DNA from: Chiloscyllium plagiosum
Lineage: Eukaryota
Length of the DNA stretch: 60,585 nucleotides
Reading direction: 5' to 3'
Assembly: GCF_004010195.1 (NCBI RefSeq)
Contig: NC_057721.1
Location: 44,781,240-44,841,824, forward strand
Shown piece by piece: positions 26,121-39,859 of this stretch. The number at the start of each line of letters is the position of its first letter. Position 1 is the stretch's first letter. The notes beneath the pieces are model-generated. The model ran no database searches. It had not been told where the DNA came from and saw only the letters and a program-made list of their open reading frames with translations. Both the position numbers and the translations under genes were made by a program.

Positions 26121-26800
26121 TCATGAATGACTTGCATTACTTAAAGGAGAAGTGCATTGTGACTTGAACAGGAGTTGGGTGTTATTTCTAATTGTCAACT
26201 GGGGGAAAGAAAACAGCAAATGAAAGAAGGGAATGGGCATCCCAGTTTTGTAATCCATCACTGAGCTTTCCTCAGAAGGAGCAGGAGGAATTCCAGACAC
26301 AAGATGAGAAGGCAGTGGGATCAGATAACAATGGAGGTCAATAGCAGAAGTCAAGCCTAATGACCTCTGTGCTGTGATAAAAAACACTTAATGATCTGAG
26401 AAAAGTTTCAGCATCAATGATTGTATTCTGATACAATTGTCCATGCCCCCATCGCTCACCAATAACTTATATTTACATTTCATCTCACCCTCACATTCTT
26501 AGCACCATTGCACATCTCAAACACATAATTTTTAGCTTACACACACTGCAAACCATTTAACCAGAACAGTTACAATACGACCTTGCCCTGCTGTGAAAGT
26601 TTTGTGGCTGCAACTGTTGGCAGATATCAGTTACAATCTCTTTGGTGAAGTACAGACATCTCAAACTTTGCTCATAAAGTTCAGGCAGATGAAATACAGG
26701 TATAATATCACAACTCCTTCTATTTAAAAACGGTAATGGACCTAAAACTAGAGACACAGGAAGCTGCTCATAATGTATGTTAGACATTACATAACTGTCC
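26120..26800. mobile_element. Degenerate PIF/Harbinger-like remnant (Myb/SANT-like piece on +, transposase N-terminal-like piece on -)
   Basis: On +: RRQWDQITMEVNSRS...NDL. On -: EQSLRCLYFTKEIVTDICQQLQP. Recognised by resemblance only. Confidence 0.45.
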
Positions 26801-27149
26801 ACTTATACACGTGCACCAAAACAATTTTTGTGAAGGTTATCATAGTGTTGAGCTTTCTACAGGTCAGGCTCCTTTCAAACAGCTACAGGGCATCTTTGCA
26901 GCAAAAGCACCCGAAAAAGGCATAGAATTGTATGAAAGGCTTTGACCCAGAAGCAAGGAAGATTTACAATTTTAAAAGATCTATGGAATCTGTAATTTTA
27001 TTGAACAATTTTTGAAAGAACTTTAAAGAGTTTGTATTAATTGCAAAAGTATCAAATGTAATTTTCATTATCAGTAGGAAATATTGCATGAAAATATTGG
27101 TCTAAGGGACTTGGTGATCCTTGACCTGGAAACAGTACCAATGTATCAA

Positions 27150-29805
27150 CATACAAAGTAGGTGTAGGCACCTGGATCCTGAGAACATGCTCTGCCATTC
27201 AATAAGATTGTGGCTGATCTGGTTACTTCACTAACATGCCCATGCCAATAGCAATTCCATCCCTTTGCTTTTCAAGAATTTACCTATCTCTGAAATTAAA
27301 ATATTCAAATGATTCTGCTTCCACCACCAATGGATGTTGAGAATTCCAAAGATTCTCAACCCTTTGTGAGAAAGTATTTTTCTTAATCTCTGCCTGTAAG
27401 TGTGACTCCTTATTTTAACATTGGTGCCTAGTTGTAGATTCCTGTCAGGATCATATGTTTCAAGAAAGTCACCTCTTACTCTTCTAAATTCCAGTGAATA
27501 TGCATTTAGCCTATTTAACCTCTCATCTAAAACAACCTGCACATTTAAGGGATGAGTCTGATAAAAAATCTGCATTTTTTCAACAAATTTACATCCTTCC
27601 TTCCTTCCTTCAACAAGGAGGTTAATACTGTACACAGTACTGCAGTATGGTTTCAATTCTATATAAAACTGAATCATGGCCACCCTAAATCTGCATTCAA
27701 TCCCCCTTGCAATAAACAATAGCTGTGTTAGCTTTCCGAGTTACTTATATCATACTAATGTTCTGGATCACTCAGATCCATTTTCATCTCAGAGCTCTGA
27801 AGTTTCTCATCAGTTAGACAATATCTAGTTTTATTGTGAACAACGAAAGAGTACATGAGAAACACAGCAGGTCTGGCAGCATCTATGGAGAGAAATGACT
27901 AGATTAGATTCCCTACAATATGGAAACAGGCCCTTCGGCCCAACAAGTCTACACTGACCCTCCAAAGAGTAACCCAACCAGACCCATTCCCCGACCCTAC
28001 ATTTATCACTGACTAATTAACCTAACACTATTGGAAATTTAGCATGGCCAATTCACCTAACCTGCACGTCTTTTGATTGTGGGAGGAAGCCCATGCAGAC
28101 ATGAGGAGAACGTGCAAACTCCATACAGTCACCCGAGGCCGGGTCATTGGTGCTGAGGCAGCAGTGCTAACCACTGAGCCACTGTGCCGCCCGTTAATAA
28201 GTAATAACATTTCAAACCAATATGACTCTTTTACAGAGCACCCTCTGGGTGCTCCGGTTTCCTCCCACAGTCCAAAACAAATGTGCAAGTTAGGTGAATT
28301 GGCCATGCTATATTGCCCGTGGTGTTCGGTGAAGGGGTAAATGTAGGGGAATGGGTCTGGGTGGGTTGCGGGTCGGTGTGGATTTGTTGGGACAAAAGGC
28401 CTTATTCCGCACTGTAAGTAATCTAATCTAAAAAAATGTTTTTAAAAATTGTTAGCCAATTGTAACCTATAAAATCTTGTGACTATCTGTATTCCGTTGG
28501 ATTGACTTGGGACCATACGATCAAGCTGGTCTCTTTGTTTCTCCCTGTGATATCACAAATAAATTTGTCAATACTCAAGGCTTGTGTGATGCATTATGTC
28601 TAAATTGGACCACTGCAAGTGATTCACCCTCCGAATAACTTACTTCTTCCCAAACACAGAGTCTTAGAAGAAGTGGCAAGTGAGATAGTTGATAATGGAT
28701 TTAATTAACCAAACTTCTCGAGATTCAGAGAACATTCTGTTAGGTTGAAAAATAGCAAATGTAACACCTTTATCCAGGGGGGAGACAAAGATCATGAACT
28801 ACAGGCCAGATTAGCCTAACATCTGTCATTGGGATAATGTAAGAAACTATTATTAATGACACTACAGCAAAGCAGTACAAATCATTGAGGCAATTGAACA
28901 GAGCGAACATCAATTTGTGGAAGGAAATCATGTTTAACCAAATTATTTGGAATACTTTTAAGAAATTATATTTGCTGTGGATAAAGGGAAATTGTTCGAT
29001 GCATTGTATTTAGATTTTCAGATGGTATTTTGGAAAATAAAGTTCATAGTGCAAGGGGTTACATATTGGTATGGATAGAAGATTGGTTAGCTAACAGGAA
29101 TCAGAAAGTAGTCATAAACAGATTTTTTTTGGGTAAGTTGTAGTGAGCAGCATACCATAGGGATCAGTGCTGGGACCTCAACTGTTTACAATGTATATAA
29201 ATAGCTTGGATGGTGATATGGTTAAGTTTGAGGATGGCACAAAACAAGTTGGAAAATGAGTTTTCAATTGAACATATGTAGGCTATAAAGAGAGAGTGAG
29301 CAATAATTTGGCAAGTAAAGTATAATGCGTGAAAATGTGAAATCCATTATTATTCCAATGTGATTTATAAAACTAGATCTGTAGAAGAGTCATATTGGTT
29401 TGAAATGTTATTATTTCTTTATGGGCGGCACAGTGGCTCAGTGGTTAGCACTGCTGCCTCAGCACCAATGACCTGACCTCGGGTGACTGTATGGAGTTTG
29501 CACGTTCTCCTCATGTCTGCGTGGGTTTCCTCCCACAATCAAAAGATGTGCAGGTTAGGTGAATTAGCCATGCTAAATTTCCAATAGTGTTAGGTTAATT
29601 AGTCAGTGATAAATGTAGGGTCAGGGAGGGTTACTCTTTGGAGGGTCGGTGTAGACTTGTTGGGCCAAAGGGCCTGAGGAAACCCACGCAGACACAGGGA
29701 GAATGTGCAAACTCCGCACAGTCAGTCACCTGAGGTGGGAATTGAGCCCAGGTCTCTGGCGCTGTAAGGCAGCAGTGCTAACCACTGTGCCACCGTGCCG
29801 CCCAA
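27150..29805. mobile_element. Cluster of CR1 fragments and four HE1 SINE pieces
   Basis: SINE pieces at about 27900-28192(-), 28245-28430(+), 29423-29676(+) and 29677-29803(-), with CR1 motifs between them. Confidence 0.8.
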
Positions 29806-30415
29806 TTAGCAAACTGTTAATTACAGAATAATGGGTAGGCATAAGGAAACTTGCTCAGCATTAGCTCCAGTCAGGTAGCATCTGGACCGTGTCAGTTAGT
29901 AGCTGATAAGCAGGCGTTAGTATATAACAGATCCTTGCAAAGAGAAGAATGGCTTCATGCAAAGAGATGAATTTGTTTATCAGGTGTCTGCACAACTGCA
30001 AGGCCAACCATCTCAGGCAGGCATGGAAACAAGCTGTCTACCTATGTAAGGCAAAATGGTTTCCACACATTAATATGTGACAAAATGGCTTCCACAATTC
30101 TCCCACATTCTGGATATGTCTATTAAGACTCAAGGACACTGAGCCTGCAACACCAAAGATTTCCTCAGTACCCCCTCCCTGGTAAATTGTAAGATAGATG
30201 GGAAAGATGATGGACAGGTCAAGAGGGCAATGCCAAGTTGGAGGCTTGGGACTGGGATAAGGTGAGGGGGGAAGGGGAAATGAGGAAACTGGTGAAATTC
30301 ACAGGAAATGACTTCACCATAGGAAATAACAACACCAACCCAAAGAAGCCCAAACATATAAATAGAAAGCAGGAATCATATACAGTGCTTCGCCTGAGGC
30401 CCACTGAAGATGTTA

Positions 30416-32193
30416 GGATAAAGTGAGGACTGCAGATGCTGGAGATCAGAGCTTAAAAATGTGTTGCTGGAAAAGCGCAGCAGGTCAGGCAGCAGAATTG
30501 ATGTTTCGGGCATAAGCCCTTCTTCAGGAATGAGGAGGGTGTGCCAAGCATGCTAAGATAAAAGGTAGGGAGGAGGGACTTGGGGGAGGGGCGTTGGAAA
30601 TGCGATAGGTGGAAGGAGGTTAAGGTGAGGGTGATAGGCCAGAGAGGGAGTGGGGGCGGAGAGGTCGGGAAGAAGATTGCAGGTCAAGAAGGCGGTGCTG
30701 AGTCTGAGGGTTGGGACTGAGAAAAGGTCGGGGGAGGGGAAATGAGAAAGCTGGAGAAATCTGCATTCATCCCTTGTGGTTGAAGGGTTCCTAGGCAGAA
30801 GATGAGGCGCTCTTCCTCCAGGCGTCGTGTTGCTATGGTTTGGCGATGGAGGAGGCCGACCTGCATGTCCTTGGCGGAGTGGGAGGGGGAGTTAAAGTGT
30901 TCTGCCACATGGCGGTTGGGTTGGTTGGAGCAGGTGTCCCAGAGGTGTTCTCTGAAACATTCCGTAAGTAGGCGGCCTGTCTCTCCAATGTATAGGAGGC
31001 TACATCGGGTGCAGCAGATGCAATAAATGGTGTGTGTGGAGGTGCAGGTGAATTTCTGACGGATATGGAAGGATCCCTTGGGGCCTTGGAGGGAAGTGAG
31101 GGGGGAGATGTGGGCGCAAGTTTTGCATGTCTTTCAGGGGAAGGTGCCGGGAGTGGAGGTTGGGTTGGTGGGGGGTATGGATCTGACGAGGGAGTCGCGG
31201 AGGGAGTGGTCTTTCCAGAGGGGTGGGAAGGGATCTTTATATTGCTGACGCTAAACGCCAGCTCGTGGACACCTCCTCCTACTGCCCCCTTGACCATGAC
31301 CCCACCTCCCACCACCAAACCATCATCTCCAAGACCATCCATAACCTCATCTCCTCAGGGGATCTCCCATTCACCGCCTCCAACCTCATAGTCCCACAAC
31401 CCCGCACCGCCCGTTTCTACCTCCTGCCCAAAATCCACAAACCTGACCGCCCCGGCCGACCCATTGTCTCAGCCTGCTCCTGCCCCACCGAACTCATTTC
31501 TGCATACCTTGACATGGTCCTGTCCCCCTTAGTCCAAGATCTCCCCACCTACGTTTAGGACACCACCCACGCCCTCCACCTCCTCCATGATTTTCGCTTC
31601 CCCTGCCCCAACGCCTTATCTTCACCATGGACATCCAGTCCCTATACACTTCCATCCCCCATTACAAAGGCCTCAAAGCCCTCCGCTTCTTCCTTTCCTG
31701 CCGAACCAACTAGTACCCTTCCACTGACACTCTCCTTCGCCTGACTGAACTGGTCCTCACTCTGAACAACTTTGCTTTCCAATCCTCCCACTTCCTCCAA
31801 ACCAAAGGAGTAGCCATAGGCACCTGCATGGGCCCCAGCTATGCCTGCCTCTTTGTTGGATACGTGGAACAGTCCATCTTCCGCAGCTACACTGGCACCA
31901 ACCCCCAACTTTTTCTCCGCTACATCGATGACTGTATCCCACAAGGAGGTTGAACAGTTCATGCACTTTACTAACACCTTCCACCCCGCCTTCAAATTTA
32001 CCTGGACTGTCTCAGACTCCTCCCTCCCCTTCCTAGACTTCTCCATTTCTATCTCGGATGACCGACTCAACACGGACGTTTACTATAAACCGACTGACTC
32101 CCACAGCTACCTAGATTACACCTCCTCCCACCCTGCCCCCTGTAAAAATGCCATCCCATATTCCCAATTCCTTCGCCTTCACCCCATCTTTAA
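30416..32193. mobile_element. Penelope-like element with inverted halves (GIY-YIG and terminal repeat on -, RT on +), 15-bp TSD
   Basis: On -: YIGETG...AEHFNSPSHS. On +: FYLLPKIHK, GRPIVS, RYIDD, FLD, VYYKPTD. CCACTGAAGATGTTA at 30401 and 32194. Confidence 0.92.
30500..30527 (-). ncRNA. Minimal hammerhead ribozyme core (PLE-associated)
   Basis: Reverse complement reads CTGAAGA-a-GGGC-ttat-GCCC-GAAAC-ATC. Confidence 0.65.
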
Positions 32194-32269
32194 CCACTGA
32201 AGATGTTACCTAGTAGGGTGATGAAATGTCTGGAAATGAATCTTCCAGCTCAGCGAGTGAACCTACATC

Positions 32270-34480
32270 CAGATGTTGTTAATCTTGAATGGGTGCAAGA
32301 AAGACTTACAGGCATTTTGCTGAGACTGGAAGGTTTGAGCTACAGGAAGAAGTTTAATAGGCTTGGGCTTTTTTCACTGGAATGTTAGCTACTGAGGGGT
32401 GATGTTACAGTGGTTTATAAAATTATTAAGATCCTGGTTAGGGTGAATAGCCAAGATCTTTTTTCCAGATTAGAGAGTCCAAAACTGGAGGACATAGGTT
32501 TAATGTGAGAGGGGAAAGCTTTAAAAAGGATCGGAGGTGAGCTTTTTCAAACAGAGTGTGGTTCACATCTGGAATGAGCTACAAGAGGAAGTCATGGAGG
32601 GGAGTACAATTACAACAGTTAAAAGGATGGGTATATGAATAGGAAGTGCTTAGAGGGATATGGGCCAAATACTGGCAAATGGGACTAGGTCAGATTGGAT
32701 GTATGTTTGGCACGGATGTCTTGCATTGACGGGTCTGTTTTCATGCCGTCTGAGTCCCCTCTTGGATTTTCCTTTCCTGTTGGAATGTATTTACTTTGTT
32801 TATTCTGAAATATACCCTTAACTGCCTGCTACTGCATACCTTAATCGAATTTGCCAGTTTAGTTTAAAATATTAGTCATTGATCTACCCTCCTACACCTC
32901 AAACCAAATGTAAAATTCAATCATGTTGATTGCTGTTACCTCGGGGTGCCTTCACTATGAAGCTATTAAGTAATCTTATTTCTTTGCATATAGTTTACTA
33001 TAGTTTCTCTCCAGTTGGCTCTAAAATATACTGTTCCAAGAAATAATCCTCAAACCATTGTACCAGCTCCGCATTGAACCTAACTTTGCCTATCTGAATT
33101 TCCACTCTACATATAGATTAAAATCCCCCATGATTATTGTTGTACCTTTTATATTCTGTCCTACCAGATGGTTTGTGTTAGGGAGCCTATAAATCACTTT
33201 CACAAGTGAATTCCTGCCATTATTTTCTCTCATCTCTACTCTCCCTGTTACACTCCTTGCTAGAACCTGTCCCAGCATTGTTCAGGTGTATGTAGATTGT
33301 AACTTTCGTCAGTATCAAAACCAGTACCCCACAAACCCAGAACCCACTTCTCCCAAACCAATCATGAATCATTTCCAAAATCTTATTTCCCATGTTAATT
33401 TGCATACACTCGAGTAATAATGCAGAGATTATCACTTTTGAGGTTCTGCTTTATAATTTGAAGGCTCGCTCCTCATTTGGACTAAGCAGAATCTCCTTCC
33501 TTGCCAAACCCATATTGTAGTACCTACATGGGCCACAATAACTGCACTGTCCCGCTCTACTCTAAGTTCCAGGTTTGCTTAAACTTTTGTATCTTCAGTG
33601 CCAATTGCAGTTGTGGGTCTGTGCACCGAGCTGAGAAGTTGAGTTACTGATGTTTCATCCCCTGTCAAAATGACATCTTCAGTGCTTTGGTTTCCAGTTG
33701 TTCATTGTAGTGGCCAGTACATTGGGTCTAGGTTTATATGCTTGTTGATGGAGTCAGTTAATGAGTGCCATCCTTCTAGAAGCTCTCATTGAAGGATTCC
33801 ATCAACAAGCACGCATACCTAGACCCTACATACTGTAACGACTAACTGGAACTGGCAACCTAAAGCAGCAGGAATGGAACCAAATAAATTCCAAGGATAC
33901 ACTACAGCAGCACTTCACAGGAGGCTCCAAAGCACTGAGGATGTCACTTGGACTGGGAATGAAACATCTGCAAATCAACTTTCCAGCTTAGCGAACATAC
34001 CTACAACTGCGACAACTCTAAAGTTTTTCCCAGCCCTGAGAACAATGTCAATGTCCCCCTCACTATACTATCACCTACTTCTGGCATGTTGCTTCTTGCT
34101 CTCCCCAGTTGAGTAGCATGGTGCTATGATTGGATGACTCATCCACTATATGGCCCTCTCTCTCATCTATATAAGCTGAGAAAATCTCAAACATATTGGA
34201 CAATCACAAAGACTGAGACTCCTACAATCCTTTGGAGTCGCTGTCACAGTCAAACCTTCCTGTCCCTGAACACTGAGCAAATTAGAAGAAACTGTCCTAA
34301 GGAGTGGGACCACCTCCTGTTACGACAATTCCAGTTAACTTTCCTTCCCCCTGATATGTTACAGTGTCTGCCACTCAGCCTCCTGTTTGTAAACTTTAAG
34401 AATTAAAGTCACTGCTGTTTCCCTTGAATCACAGTGGCATACAGCAGCTCCCACATTTTGCATTGTAACACATCAAATAC
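32270..34480. mobile_element. CR1 fragments with a nested fold-back PLE (about 33600-34010)
   Basis: CR1 3' end on + and IMGDFNL on -. The PLE carries inverted CTGA(A/G)GA...GAAAC motifs. Confidence 0.75.
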
Positions 34481-34662
34481 CTTACCATCATTTTTACATA
34501 ATAATTGATTTATGGAGTTAGCTTCATGGGTTAACAAATCAATAAAGCCGATTCTGAATAACTTTAATACTGAGAGTAAATGTTACCTAAAGTGGGTTTC
34601 TTGCTGTCTTCAAGGTCTTGGGCAGCTTCTCCTTGTGATAATATTGGATTTGTTCACGATTA

Positions 34663-34868
34663 CTCGGATTTCACCAGTTTCCTCATTTCCCCTCCCCCCA
34701 CCTTGTCTCAGTCTGAACTCGGATTTCACCAGTTTCCTCATTTCCCCTCCTGGGCTTATGCCCAAAACGTCGATTCTCCTGTTCCCTGGATGCTGCCTGA
34801 CCTGCTGCGCTTTTCCAGCAACACATTTTCAGCTCCGATCTCCAGCATCTGCAGACCTCACTTTCTCC
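34663..34868 (+). mobile_element. PLE terminal-repeat insertion, 14-bp TSD
   Basis: TTTGTTCACGATTA at 34649 and 34869, with a short internal tandem repeat. Confidence 0.8.
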
Positions 34869-34940
34869 TTTGTTCACGATTAGTCAAGCATATACTTATA
34901 GAGAGCTAATGATAATATATGTATCATTATGCCATGTGAT

Positions 34941-35042
34941 TGTTGTGGTTCTGTTTGCTGAGCTGGGAATTTGTGTTGCAGACGCAGCTCGGCGAACACA
35001 ACCACAACAACGAGCACCCAAGCTACAAATCTTCTCACAAAC
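34941..35042. mobile_element. Short fold-back PLE insertion, 13-bp TSD
   Basis: TATGCCATGTGAT at 34928 and 35043. Confidence 0.75.
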
Positions 35043-35708
35043 TATGCCATGTGATGTTTGTGTATTAAGGTACTGGCCCCACCTTGAATAACAGCTTTCA
35101 AAGATATTCTGAACAGTATGTATTTTCTAGTCCATCAGTATGAGTTTGTTAATCAGCTTGTTAAGTGATAGAGCACAGGGAATATTGGTGTCTGTGATAA
35201 AATTGAAATGTCCAAACTCAACTGCAGCTAGATGCAATGGAACATAATAATAGTATCCATGAGGTCAAGCTCCACATTGGTTAATGAAATGTTAATGCTG
35301 GTGTGGTAAAAGAAATGGCAGTATTTATCTCTGCTGGCTGCAAGTGACTGAATCTTGAAAACATGAAGCCAGGGAATCAGCCTTTGTTCAATAAAGAGTG
35401 CAGGAGGATATGCTAGAAAAAAACAAAAGGCATATCTAAAAATGAGGCATTAACCTGGTGAAGCTACAAAAACAGAACCACTTGTGTGTCTAACATCTTA
35501 ACAGCAAAACAGCTAAGCAATTGCTCAACCAACAAATCAGATCTAAGCCTTGCAGTCCTGCCACATCCAACTGGTAATAGTGGTGGACAAATAAACAACC
35601 TAGTGGGAGAGAGAATCTCCAAAAATATCTCCAGCCTGCAGAGCAAAGTTTTTGCATGGCTGTAGTTTTGTGCAACACCACCCCCAATGGAAAAGGATTT
35701 CCCAACTT

Positions 35709-36734
35709 TGTTATGGACCAGGCCAGATCCCTCAAAACATTTCAAGAAGGTGGCCCAGCCCCTAACTTTGCTAGTTGGTTTAAGCAGGTGTAAGGTTGAT
35801 ATTCCAGAAGAAATGCCATTGGTCAAATCACTTAGTTTTAAACAAAACAGAATTTATTTCAACTGAAGTACAGCATGCTAGGATTGTTGAGTAAATTTTG
35901 TGCAATTTGTGCTAAATCATTGCTAAAGTGCTGACTGCTGCAGGAGCAGACAAAAGTGGACCATTACCAAATAAAACCACAAACTCAAAACAACCAGTTG
36001 CTGCAGTTTCAGCAGACCGAAAACTGCTCAGATGACAGCCATGGGACTTTCTGTCTGAAGAACTAATTACATGACTGAAACTGTAAGCTTTGCTGTAACT
36101 CAAAGATATAAAGGGCGTTGAATTTTGTAATTGGAGAGATAGCTTGGTCAAAACCTACATTTGGGATGACCTCGCTGCTCCCAAAGCTCTTGTTAAATAA
36201 ACTGTGTCTGATTCACTGCTAAATTTGAATTTGTGCATTGTTTTACCTACAACAACAAGATTACTGAATGCAACACAAACAACAGAATACCGAATAACTT
36301 AACCTCTCCAAAAAAACCAACGGATCATCCCAATTGAATGATGCTGTTCCAAATACTTGCAACAATCCCCATGAACGTCTCTTGGCACAAAAGGTAAAAT
36401 CAAACACAGGTCCTTACTGGAGAGAAGTCAGAGAGGGAGTATCAGCCCAGACCTGCTTCTCTGGGTTCTGCAGCTTTTTCCACACTACTGCTGAAAAACC
36501 AAACCAGAAAAAAGCTGATCTGGGAGAACTGGCCACTCCCCTTTCTTTGTACAAGTGTATTTTTAATTTTAAAAAACTTGGAAGACTTCTGCCTGGGGCA
36601 ATATCTATTAGCTAATATCAATTGTCCCTAAAACCCTTCAGCCCCAGACTTTTCGGAGTCTGTGTTGTTTACGACCTTTCTGAATAAAAAAAGCCAAGGA
36701 CACATAACCTTGTTAAAATAGCAATTTCATTACA
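35709..36734. mobile_element. Solo LTR with a probable nested LTR-like insert (about 35864-36254)
   Basis: TGTTATG...CATTACA termini with a 4-bp TSD ACTT. The inner segment has a TATA-like motif and AATAAA. Confidence 0.7.
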
Positions 36735-38974
36735 ACTTTAATACAACTTAGGCTCAAATGCCAGTGTGAATGAACTTGCCCAGCAACCAATTGTCAAGCC
36801 ATTCCCAGATACAAGATTTTTTTTTCAGAGGCATTCGGGAATAGAAGAGACACATGACAAATGAGCAATTAGAGGGCTACCTCAACTGAGCACTGGACAG
36901 AGTACAACTTAGAAATACAAATACACGTACTTGGATAACCACAAAGATTTCTAGAATACGTAACCAGCCCAGATAATGCAAAGTTATTACTGATCATGGT
37001 ATTACACCATTAAGGAACAGAGGCTAACTCAAACTGATGTACAGCACATCATTCATGTGTGAAGACAGTGGTGGAGAAAACTTGGATAATATGATTATGT
37101 GGTAATGTTAAATGACAGCAACATTTGGTTTGTTCCTACTTCTTATGATCTTATTATTGGATACTTGTTAAATTTTGTAATGGTACTTGCCTCTACCAGC
37201 CTTCCAGGTAATGTATTCCAGATACCCACCACATGCTGGGTGAAAATATTCTTCCTTAAATCCCTCCCAAACCCCCTTTACCTTGAATCTATGCTCCCTT
37301 GATAATGATTGGTCTTATAAGAGGAAATGTTTCTCAGAGCTATATCGAAGTTTAAATTGTTATTTGGACGCACAGAACTTGTGTATTAATTGAGTATGGA
37401 TTTTGAAGATCAGTCACTTGGATCCGAAACTTTAATTTTGTTTCTCTCTCCACAAATGCTGCCAGGATTGCTGAGTTTCTCCAGCATTTTTCTGATTTAA
37501 TTGAGTATTCATGGATGTGTCTTTATTGAGTAATACTGTACTGTACCAAAAATTGAATTGCTCATCTTGAAAAGTCTGTTTTAACTGTTTGCATAATGAT
37601 CAAACTGAGAACATTTGGCTTTGTACAACAATGTTTATTTGTTTAGGATACTTTCGTGTTTGGAACAAGGGGGCTGTTTCATGGTCAGTATATTCGTATA
37701 TCTTTAGGAGGCATTGTTATGCTATCGTCACTATATCGTAGCATGTGACACGAGACTTTAAAGATCTCAGAATCTATTTTGACACCGTCCGTTTGATTTA
37801 TTGCATACTGATGCAGGCAAACTACTCTTTGTCACCAACAGATTAATGTTACTCCAGACATTGTGGGGAGAATCTTTTTTACGTGCCTGATCGATGGCAA
37901 GAAATGTGTGTTTAAACATTCCTCAACGCACCTTTAGTAGAGAGCCGGTGAAATCCAGGAAAAAAAACGAAATGACCGTCTTTCACTGAAATTATAATTA
38001 AAATGTAACTTTATAGTCCTGTTCCTCGTTGTATTGTCATGTTCTCTTTCCAAGAAAAACAGGTTTAATTTAGAAATCAATGTCATTTTGAGGAGGCAGA
38101 AGAAAGGAACTGAGATAAAAATTGGGACAGTTTGCTGTCTGGACAGTGTGATGGAATCTAAGAATTTAAGATTTGTTTTTGTGACAAACCAAACTGAAAA
38201 AGAAACAACTTTCTGCAATATGCAAATGAGATTAGCAATCAAAACCTAAGGTTTCTTTGGAAAATGAAACTGGTTGCCGTCAAGTACTGTAATAGGACCA
38301 GGACACATCTGAGCTTAGATGCTGAGGCCAGATGTTGGCTAGACAAACTAAAGAGGGAGGCTGCATTCAGGAATTGGGATTGGGAAAACTGGCAGTTGCT
38401 GAAGCTGCTTCTTTTACTTGAAGTCGATGTTGATGGGTCTACCCCCATCAAGACCACTATAAGTAAAGTTGAAGTGTTGCCACAGACATGAACTATTTTG
38501 CTCAGTGTTGTACCCATGGAACTCCGATTGGTTTGGTGCTGCTGTTTGCTGGGGATTCGACTAAATGCTAGAAACAAAGGGAGCCCGAAGTCAACTTGTT
38601 GTGATTCACTACTTTGAGATTCTTGATGGTTCAGATTAGTGCTATATCTGAAGTGTGGACTGCCTCATAAATCTAGGACATATAGGTGTCATAGCTGATA
38701 TTTCCTGTATAATTTATAGCTCATATTGACCACCGTGCCTTAGTTCCTTCTGAAACTGTTAATTTTAGTTTGACTGGTACAGTAAACGATTTAAAGTGGA
38801 ATCTTATTTGATGACAACCAGTTTCATTAACCCTGGAAAGTTTAGGTTTTGATTTCTAATTTCATTTACATCTTGGAGGAAGTAGTTTCTTTTTCTGTTT
38901 GGGTTGTTACAAAAACAAATTGATTCCTTTTGTCGTGGACAGAAATACTGTCGGGGTGGGGGAGGGGATCGGGT

Positions 38975-39520
38975 TTACCATTAACCAAAAACTGAACTGT
39001 ACTCATCATCTAAATACTATGACTGCAAAAACCAGAGTGGGGGTAGAACAGCCTGCGGGGAATAACTCACCTGCTGACGCCCGAAAGCCTGTCCACTAGA
39101 TGGGTAGGTGCAGCTCAATAAAGCACATTCAACTCAATACCATCCAGGACAAAGCAACTCATTTGATGAGTAGACCACCCACAACTTACACATTCTACCA
39201 CAGCAGCAGTATTGCCAAGATACATCGTAATAGCTTACTTTGGCTCCATAGGTCATGATTTCCAAATAGATCAAGGCCAGCAGTTACATCTCCTGCGAAT
39301 TCCCCTCCAAGTCACACGCCAACTGACTTGAAATTATCCCGCAATTCCTTCACTGGCACAGGGGGGAGAATGTTGCCAGTCCTCCCCTACCTTGGGTGTA
39401 TCAACTTGCCAAAGACTGCAGCAGTTCAGGGTGGTAACTCCCCACCACCTTATCAAAGACAAGTAGAGAGCGACAAAACTGCAGGCCTTGCCGGTGATAC
39501 CCACATCAGGAGTGAATCGA
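38975..39520 (+). mobile_element. L2/CR1-clade LINE 3' remnant
   Basis: Colinear with about 24605-25370. Confidence 0.65.
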
Positions 39521-39859
39521 GAAACGAAATTGAAGAGGAACTAGAAGAAAATGGTCGTGAAAATATTCGTAAAATTGGAACCTGCACACACCGATCAAAA
39601 TTCATATTCAGGCCCAATATTCATCATTAACATCTCGCTGCTTTCAGGGATTTCATGAACTAACTGCAGATTTTCTCAGTATTACCTGAATTCTAGACAA
39701 GATACACTATTTAAAATTCATGTGGTTCTTAGATGTACTTATTTCGATTTTTTAAGGATATTTACTATGTTAGGTTGGAGCGAATCTATCTGTTAATTTA
39801 AAATTAAACGATACCACTTTAATCTCCTGTAAACCGTGGTGTAGGATTTGTTGGTTTGC

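Noticed and set aside
30833-31391. Pro/Gly-rich ORFs as host genes
   Set aside because: They are alternative frames of the C-rich Penelope element.
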